A DNA stretch of 54,639 bases, taken from the IMG/VR virus record IMGVR_UViG_3300024296_000003, positions 1-54,639 of that record; one strand, written 5' to 3'. Shown piece by piece: positions 49,061 through 54,639 of the stretch. Each line of letters begins with the position of its first letter. Positions within the stretch are counted from its first letter, which is position 1. The position numbers were made by a program, and so were the translations under genes. The notes below the pieces were generated by a model. It saw nothing but the letters and a program-made list of their open reading frames with translations. It was not told the DNA's origin and made no database searches. The stretch comes from a virus. Lineage: Duplodnaviria; Caudoviricetes.

Positions 49061-49288
49061 TTACTTATCTTTGTTCTTTGGGTTTATTGTGTTCTTATTA
49101 AATATAATTGAAAATAGTACATTCAATCCGAAGGCTTGCCAAAATCCAATAGGATTAACAGCATCTATAGCCGGTACGAGGCATTCATTCCAAAGCCATT
49201 GAGTAGGCCATGCAAGTATCAATGCCAGAATCACAAAGCCCAATATAAGTAAAAAGGCGAATGCGAAGGGAGCGGTAAATTTATTCAT
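49061..49288 (-). CDS. Small membrane protein, 75 aa
   Basis: Two hydrophobic segments; WLWN...IGFWQAFGL. Confidence 0.55.
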   Translation of the reverse strand: MNKFTAPFAFAFLLILGFVILALILAWPTQWLWNECLVPAIDAVNPIGFWQAFGLNVLFSIIFNKNTINPKNKDK

Positions 49289-49356
49289 ATTTGTTATATT
49301 GTTTATAGTATAATTATAACAGGTATAAATGTATTCTGAAAGTGTTTAGTAAAAAA

Positions 49357-49542
49357 TTATTCGTCATCTTTAAACATACCATACAAAAACATGAGAACAA
49401 AAAAAGGCCATGCTATAAACCAGAATATTCTTTCAAAATTAGTGGCAGGTTCCATATCTAGTTTTTGGTAAAGTGTATCAAAACAAAACCCACACACTAC
49501 ACCAATAGTAATATATGCAATAATATAATTAGATACCATCAA
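49357..49542 (-). CDS. Small membrane protein, 61 aa
   Basis: Two TM segments; FIAWPFF. Confidence 0.5.
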   Translation of the reverse strand: MMVSNYIIAYITIGVVCGFCFDTLYQKLDMEPATNFERIFWFIAWPFFVLMFLYGMFKDDE

Positions 49543-49810
49543 CTAATTCTTTAATTTGTTTATCTTCTACATTACCAATCTTCTTACCTTTAATTTCACC
49601 ATTTTCAAAATAGATAAGAGTAGGAATACTTCTAATATTAAATTCTTTAGCCACATCTGACTCTTCATCTACATTACAAAAGATAACCTCTATATCTGGG
49701 TTTTCTGTAGCAAATTTTTCAATTCTAGGCTTCATCATTTTACAAGGCCCACACCATTGAGCCCAAAAATCAACAAGAACTCTAGGTCCGTTAAAATCTT
49801 CTTTTGTCAT
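49529..49810 (-). CDS. trxA: Thioredoxin
   Basis: VLVDFWAQWCGPCKMM; NVDE; IRSIPTL. Confidence 0.92.
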   Translation of the reverse strand: MTKEDFNGPRVLVDFWAQWCGPCKMMKPRIEKFATENPDIEVIFCNVDEESDVAKEFNIRSIPTLIYFENGEIKGKKIGNVEDKQIKELVDGI

Positions 49811-49830
49811 AATAAGTTTTGTTTCTGTAT

Positions 49831-50142
49831 TTATACAGGTGGATCAAGAGGTACATCTGCATATCTCTCGCTACCTAGAATTAAGTTAGTAGTGGTATCA
49901 GGAATTCCTGCACCAACATAAGGCTCAAGTTTTTGCATAGCTTCAGTAATATCTCTTGCTATGATATTGATTTGTTTTTCAATAGCATTATCTAAGTATA
50001 CACATTCATAGATGAGGTGGTCATTAATCTTAGATGTTTCTAATACTTCAATACTTAGTACTACTGATTGCCTTCCTAAACCTTTTAAGGATTTAAGTAA
50101 ATCTTTTTTGCTTCTATTATATTTCTTTTTAAGCTTTGACAT
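49831..50142 (-). CDS. Hypothetical protein (~103 aa; start revised to MSKLKKK)
   Basis: Revised start avoids overlap with upstream ORF. Confidence 0.5.
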   Translation of the reverse strand: MSKLKKKYNRSKKDLLKSLKGLGRQSVVLSIEVLETSKINDHLIYECVYLDNAIEKQINIIARDITEAMQKLEPYVGAGIPDTTTNLILGSERYADVPLDPPV

Positions 50143-50146
50143 AACT

Positions 50147-50323
50147 TTATTTTTTATCTTTAGGAAATCTTCCATAGTTACCCATACCGTCATAATCAGT
50201 TACATCATGATCTGGGTAATTTTCTTCTTTGCTTTTTCTTGAACTATAGAATATATTCCAGATAGTGAAGTACATGTACACGGCAAAAATTATACCGCCT
50301 ATAAGAAAAAACCCTAAGCTCAT
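50147..50323 (-). CDS. Small single-TM protein (~58 aa; start MSLGFFLIGG)
   Basis: ATGA overlap with upstream 56-aa ORF; C-terminal DYDGMGNYGRFP. Confidence 0.5.
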   Translation of the reverse strand: MSLGFFLIGGIIFAVYMYFTIWNIFYSSRKSKEENYPDHDVTDYDGMGNYGRFPKDKK

Positions 50324-50490
50324 TTTGTTCGTCTTTGGCGAATAGCAATCGCGAATAATAAAATAGTTCCTGGCCAATGAGCAGAGTATTGTGCTTCTGC
50401 TAAATTACCTGTCATTCCTAATCCTACTGAGTAAATTAAGCAAACGAATGCTAAGATAATAGGATACCACTGTTGAATAAAATCTTTCAT
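50320..50490 (-). CDS. Small membrane protein, 56 aa (not in ORF track)
   Basis: Manual translation MKDFIQQWYPIILAFVCLIYSVGLGMTGNLAEAQYSAHWPGTILLFAIAIRQRRTK; promoter-like motif 17 nt upstream. Confidence 0.6.
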   Translation of the reverse strand: MKDFIQQWYPIILAFVCLIYSVGLGMTGNLAEAQYSAHWPGTILLFAIAIRQRRTK

Positions 50491-50538
50491 AATAATTGTT
50501 GTTTATTATTATATTGTAAATATGTATTTAGTTTAAGG

Positions 50539-50615
50539 TCGGCCGGGAGAGACTTGAACTCTCATGTAACCAATTACTCTTTCTACAAGGTATAAGCTTG
50601 AGGAGATACCGGCCG
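50539..50615 (-). tRNA. Atypical tRNA-like RNA, anticodon-like loop UAU (Ile?), non-canonical arm order
   Basis: CGGCCGG/CCGGCCG acceptor + A + CC; perfect T arm GAGAG-TTCAAGT-CTCTC; CAAG-CTTATAC-CTTG lies 5' of D-like GTAA-TTGG-TTAC. Confidence 0.65.
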
Positions 50616-50624
50616 ATTGCCTGG

Positions 50625-50849
50625 TTAGGCTTCAGCGGCAGTTACCAAGATAGAGGAATCTAACGAGGTAAATGATCCATCCCTATATTCACAGATAGTA
50701 GTATCACCCTTCTGCTTTTCCACCATCATAGTGGTAATTCCAGTTGGAGTAGAGATAGTAAACACGGAGCCAGGGAAGAGTTTCCAAAGCTCGTATCGGT
50801 TACCCTTAACGGGTTCTTTAATCATCCAGTCTTTAATGTTTCTTGACAT
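50625..50849 (-). CDS. Hypothetical protein, 74 aa
   Basis: ORF track; class A motif upstream. Confidence 0.5.
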   Translation of the reverse strand: MSRNIKDWMIKEPVKGNRYELWKLFPGSVFTISTPTGITTMMVEKQKGDTTICEYRDGSFTSLDSSILVTAAEA

Positions 50850-51025
50850 GGTGTAAAAATTAAAAGGTTAAAATAAAAGGTGTTTGTTATTGTAGTAATT
50901 ATAATAACTAAAAGTTTATTCTGAAAGTGTTTGTTAGAATAAAGTAGGGTTTTTTCTAGTTCTTAGAGGTTCGGCACATTTTCTAATGGCGGTCGCACAT
51001 TCGCACATAGCAGCACATAGTTCCC

Positions 51026-51229
51026 TTAGCCAAAGTAGCCAGTTAAATTCGCAGCCCACTGAGTGTCCAATCCAAATATATGGCAAAAGGCTACCGCCAA
51101 TGCAAATCCGAGAGTAAGGAATAGGAATCCAATAACTCCATTAGCCACACATAGTACGCACCACTCAGCCGTTTGCTTCAGCAGTCTCTTCTTCAATAGT
51201 AGTCTCATCATCATTAGTTTTTGCTTCAC
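51026..51229 (-). CDS. Small membrane protein (true start probably internal, GTG near 51149)
   Basis: Hydrophobic GVIGFLFLTLGFALAVAFC; 5' part overlaps upstream ORF. Confidence 0.35.
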   Translation of the reverse strand: MKQKLMMMRLLLKKRLLKQTAEWCVLCVANGVIGFLFLTLGFALAVAFCHIFGLDTQWAANLTGYFG

Positions 51230-51404
51230 AAATTATTTCGCAGTTATTTCCAGTAAATTCAATTCCGACAACGGTTCCGCCACGCTCCTCTATACCTTCC
51301 ATAAATTTATTAAGGTCAAAGGAACGGAAAAAGAAACCACCCTGAGCATCGCCCTGAAAGCCTTCTTTCCAAAAAACCACATCTTTAAAATTTTTATTAG
51401 CCAT
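51165..51404 (-). CDS. Hypothetical protein, 79 aa
   Basis: ORF track. Confidence 0.5.
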   Translation of the reverse strand: MANKNFKDVVFWKEGFQGDAQGGFFFRSFDLNKFMEGIEERGGTVVGIEFTGNNCEIICEAKTNDDETTIEEETAEANG

Positions 51405-51412
51405 AGTATTAA

Positions 51413-51805
51413 TTATATTGTAGAATCCCCAGTTTGTTTAAAGGCATTCCCTAGTTTGTTTTTAACCTTCTCTTTCTCCACATCCTCCATCAGATCATCA
51501 TATCCATCAATATAATCAGAATCACTAACAGGAATATACTCTGAATAATCTATATGGACCATAGTAGGACAAACCTTTGGAATAACGAACGCGGTAAACT
51601 CAAACCCAGCGCCGAACTGTGGTTGTCGTTCCCTCGCATGTTTAAAGGTATTATTAGTAAATCCGAGTGGCGTCGCATTACCGTAGTATGTCGCGTTTAA
51701 TCCATCAGCCTCGTAATGACCACCAGACTCGCCGCAGTGGCAGGTCTTGGTAGTATACGATAGACTGAAAGTATCCTTGCAGGTATTACAGTAGAGAAGT
51801 TTCAT
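51413..51805 (-). CDS. Zn-ribbon-containing protein, 130 aa
   Basis: LLYCNTCKD...KTCHCG. Confidence 0.55.
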   Translation of the reverse strand: MKLLYCNTCKDTFSLSYTTKTCHCGESGGHYEADGLNATYYGNATPLGFTNNTFKHARERQPQFGAGFEFTAFVIPKVCPTMVHIDYSEYIPVSDSDYIDGYDDLMEDVEKEKVKNKLGNAFKQTGDSTI

Positions 51806-51808
51806 GTT

Positions 51809-51964
51809 TTACTTTTTGAAGAGTACCTTGTAGATTTTGAGTACCAGTAGACCTGCCATGAGTACAGTTAGATATTGGGCACAGCAGCTGATTGCGGTCA
51901 AGGAGTCCGCAATGGATGCTAGAGCATCTGCCTGGTTTGTATGATTACTTAAAAATTCGTTCAT
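51809..51964 (-). CDS. Small membrane protein, 51 aa (not in ORF track)
   Basis: Manual translation MNEFLSNHTNQADALASIADSLTAISCCAQYLTVLMAGLLVLKIYKVLFKK; first gene after class A motif at 51995-52023. Confidence 0.55.
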   Translation of the reverse strand: MNEFLSNHTNQADALASIADSLTAISCCAQYLTVLMAGLLVLKIYKVLFKK

Positions 51965-52029
51965 AGGTAAAATTGTTATTGTTATTATAATAAAAATATA
52001 ACAAGTACCCTAAGTATCTGAAAGTTTCT

Positions 52030-52780
52030 ACTAGCTCTTTTTTTACAGGATGAAAAAATTTCTGGACTAGACATGATCCGAATAGACATACCAGATCTAG
52101 TCACATTCTGAAACTATGCAAATTTTCCGGCTGGAATTTTTATGTGGGCCCAAACTCATGAGCCAGTTTGACCTAAAAAGCATCAAGTGAATTTTACTCT
52201 TGAAGGGTATTATTCTCTAAGGGACAATAGTACAACCGGATAGCTACCACTAAGCTACCAAGCTAACTAAGCAATACCATGACAATAGGGACCATTAGAC
52301 CAGGAACCACCACCATTGCTTAGCTACATAGACCAGGACCTTGCTAAGCTACTACCTGCTACAACCGTTATATCGCTGGTACAGGCCCCCTACAGGCTAA
52401 TATAGGGTATATCCTTGTAGATCGCTATTTATGCATTTTCTATGGTGGTTATGGACCAGTAGGTGGTTTTAGCGTGTTTGGTGGACCGGGTGAAATAGAT
52501 GAGGTATGGCACTATTAGCCTGTAGGGCCGATATATCACAATATAGGCTATATTGGGCTGTCTAGAGGCAGTCTAGAGTGCTATTTGTGTGAATATATGT
52601 GAAATAATGCGGTATATATGGGCTATATATGGGCTCTAGAGCGGCTATCCAGTGGCTATGGTCTAGATAGGGCCCAAAAATGACCTAAAATGTGGGTAAA
52701 TATCACACCAAAATAGGCATTTTTACCTAGTCCTGCTAGAGCCCATTCTAGAAGTGTGAGTTTTGTGTGAAATTTAAGCA
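52030..52780. repeat. Repeat-rich ORF-free locus (candidate origin / packaging or genome-end site)
   Basis: 15-bp inverted repeat 52388-52402/52513-52527; tandem TATATATGGGC x2; GTCTAGAG x2; AGCTAC/TAAGC repeats; 10 CTAG sites; C-rich to G-rich switch. Confidence 0.55.
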
Positions 52781-52782
52781 CT

Positions 52783-52824
52783 AAAAAGGGCAGCCTAGTC
52801 TGAATACAGATTAATGGCTGCCCT
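52783..52824 (-). terminator. Intrinsic terminator after DUF932-like gene
   Basis: Minus strand AGGGCAGCC...GGCTGCCCT-TTTT with inner TCTG/CAGA stem. Confidence 0.75.
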
Positions 52825-52888
52825 ATAACCTAGGGATAAAAACGGAAATTTGAAACCCTGTGGTTTATTTCATAATCAATTGATAGGT

Positions 52889-54046
52889 TTATGCTTCTCC
52901 TCTAACCATTGCGGCTTCAGAAGTAGTTAATAGATCTCTCGTAGCGAATGGGTTAATATCCAGTACACCTTCAGTATCATATTGTTTCTTACACAGGATG
53001 TTACCGGCGGTTACCATTAGATTCCCCATTTTACCTTCGTTAATATTAAACTTAGTATCGTTAGAGGCAAAATTGGTCATACCATTTACTACATCCCAAA
53101 CAGACATACCTGATTTAGCATTTTTCATTTGAGCCTTTGTAAAGGTATTTGGATCGGCACCTAGAGTAGAATAAGCCTTGAATGCTCTTTCTACCGGAAT
53201 GTACCTTTGGATATAATCGTAATCTACAGCTTTATCCAATGATAGTAGGCTAGAAGCAGCTCTCTGCATTTCCGCTAGGGAGGCGTCTGTATCATGGGCC
53301 TTTTTAATATTCTCGGCCAATCCTACTGGTTGGAAATTAGTAGATGCCATTCGGATCATATGTTCATTAAACTCATTGATGTTTTTATCGTTGAGGTTAT
53401 GAAGACCATAGTTTTCAGCGAATGCCGTTGAGGTCATACCATTGGCACAAATTAACCTTTCCAAATAAGGCGATACTTCCAATCCTCTAGATGGTGTATT
53501 CCTAAATGTAACTCCAGTATTAAATACTTCGTTTTGCATTCCTGGTACATTAAACATTCCCTGTGGTGATACACAGTTAATTTGTGTACCTCCATACTGA
53601 GATGATCCCATATGAGTTACACCAAGGTTATATTGGTCGATGTACCTTGAAGCAAAATCAATAAATGATTCGTTACTAATGGAAGCATACCCTGCAGGTA
53701 GAATATCAGTAATCTTTCTGGTAGAAGGATCAACCAATAGTGTTACCGTTTGGTCGTTCTTAGATGATTTCATAGATTTCATCATAGTAATTAATTGTCT
53801 TAGACCATCATTACCGAAACCTTCACTAAACCTTTTGGCAAACGCCTTAGGAATTCTCAGCCTACCGAGTAGTTTACCGAATGCCTTATCAGTTACCTCA
53901 ATCTTAACACCGTCAATGTCGATATGGTTATTGTCCACTACATTAAACTCAGATAGAGTTATTTCTTTCCTCATTAGTTCATTACCAATGGCTTCTGCCT
54001 TTTTAACGTCGAATGCAGATTGACTTAAGGTTGTAATACTTTTCAT
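52889..54046 (-). CDS. DUF932-like phage protein, 385 aa
   Basis: GVTFRNT...LEVSPYLERLICANGMT; SVWDVVNGMTNFAS. Confidence 0.6.
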   Translation of the reverse strand: MKSITTLSQSAFDVKKAEAIGNELMRKEITLSEFNVVDNNHIDIDGVKIEVTDKAFGKLLGRLRIPKAFAKRFSEGFGNDGLRQLITMMKSMKSSKNDQTVTLLVDPSTRKITDILPAGYASISNESFIDFASRYIDQYNLGVTHMGSSQYGGTQINCVSPQGMFNVPGMQNEVFNTGVTFRNTPSRGLEVSPYLERLICANGMTSTAFAENYGLHNLNDKNINEFNEHMIRMASTNFQPVGLAENIKKAHDTDASLAEMQRAASSLLSLDKAVDYDYIQRYIPVERAFKAYSTLGADPNTFTKAQMKNAKSGMSVWDVVNGMTNFASNDTKFNINEGKMGNLMVTAGNILCKKQYDTEGVLDINPFATRDLLTTSEAAMVRGEA

Positions 54047-54161
54047 ATTTTATCCGTTTTTTAAATTTTTATTATAATATAAATATAATCAATTTATTTG
54101 GGAATTGAAAATTTTTCTAGGACTTTTTTCATAGAAGTTATTAACAATTCCCTTTCTTTAT

Positions 54162-54638
54162 TTATTCGGTTACCTCATCCTTTAATCCGAATAGTTTATC
54201 AAATTCCAAACCATCCTTTTTAACTAGTTCCTTTTCCTTCTTTTTGAGTTGTTTCAAACTTTCGGATTTTTTGAACCTTTCAGTATCGTAGGTAACATCT
54301 CCGGTTGCAGCAAGATTGAAGAACATTTGTTTTCCAACGTGACCTCTTCGGTTTTTACTGAATACCACATACCTTTCATCTTGAGTTACAGTATCAACGA
54401 ATCTGATCTCCATCATACCGGTAGTCATATGCTTTAGTTTATTGGATCCAACGAATGTACCACCTTTATTTACCTGTTGGATATTAAGGAATGAAGTATA
54501 GTTCTTACCTTTATTCTGTCCAAGGTTTTGTTGGTACATTAAATCCAATAACCATTTCTCTGCTCTATTCCTTGTCATTCTATCAGATTCTTGGATAGTG
54601 GCTTGGAGTTCAATAAAGGAGTCAATCAGTACAATATC
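54162..54638 (-). CDS. RadA/Sms-like RecA-fold ATPase, C-terminal part (begins outside window)
   Basis: Frame open to window end: DIVLIDS (Walker B)...IQQVNKGGTFVGSNKLKHM...FSKNRRG, resembling RadA GHVTKxGxIAGPxxLEHM...KNRFG. Confidence 0.7.
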   Translation of the reverse strand, partial: DIVLIDSFIELQATIQESDRMTRNRAEKWLLDLMYQQNLGQNKGKNYTSFLNIQQVNKGGTFVGSNKLKHMTTGMMEIRFVDTVTQDERYVVFSKNRRGHVGKQMFFNLAATGDVTYDTERFKKSESLKQLKKKEKELVKKDGLEFDKLFGLKDEVTE

Positions 54639-54639
54639 G

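Noticed and set aside
52230-52700. CRISPR array in the repeat-rich non-coding region
   Set aside because: Repeats are short (6-15 bp) and irregular with no repeat-spacer periodicity; no cas genes.
3115-54437. Other short plus-strand ORFs overlapping long minus-strand genes
   Set aside because: Antisense shadows with no recognisable motifs; only 39847-41337 is a credible plus-strand operon.
1-54639. Stop-codon reassignment as seen in some large Bacteroidota phages
   Set aside because: Genes of up to 4.6 kb are intact in the standard code, coding density is high, TAG and TGA both end genes, and no suppressor tRNA was seen.
1-54639. Bacterial chromosome or prophage origin suggested by rpsA, rpsU, dnaJ, trxA and radA-like genes
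   Set aside because: These genes are interspersed with baseplate and neck genes, lack their usual operon partners and in several cases are shortened; no integrase or att site was seen.

Overview
This is a fragment of a large, AT-rich (roughly 30% GC by eye) lytic phage with a T4-like contractile tail, probably a jumbo myovirus. Its host is inferred to be Bacteroidota/Flavobacteriia from the Bacteroidia-type bS21 C-terminus, the outer-membrane beta-barrel genes, mostly SD-less A-rich leaders and promoters resembling TAnnTTTG. Nearly all genes are on the minus strand. Region 1-27.8 kb is a virion module: a collagen fibre, large baseplate proteins, and gp6-, gp25-, gp13-, gp5-, gp27- and gp53-like genes. 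An amidoligase and a ribosomal protein S1 homologue are embedded in it. Region 27.8-41.3 kb holds a WavE-like gene, a 1294-aa collagen fibre, dCMP deaminase, a HAD phosphatase, DNA ligase, DnaJ and a plus-strand cassette of probable internal head proteins. Region 41.3-52 kb holds a GH73 lysin, a PspC micro-protein, a PNK-type phosphatase, bS21, an envelope/beta-barrel cluster, thioredoxin, three canonical tRNAs and many small genes. The most notable non-coding features are: (i) a ~430-nt self-closing structured RNA with several predicted pseudoknots (47361-47788); (ii) a tRNA-like gene whose anticodon arm (UAU) precedes its D-like element (50539-50615); (iii) three upstream motif classes that look like early, middle and late promoters, two with exact spacers and one at a near-fixed distance from the start codon; and (iv) a ~750-bp repeat-rich ORF-free locus (52030-52780) that may be an origin or genome end. 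All calls come from reading motifs by eye; no database searches were run.
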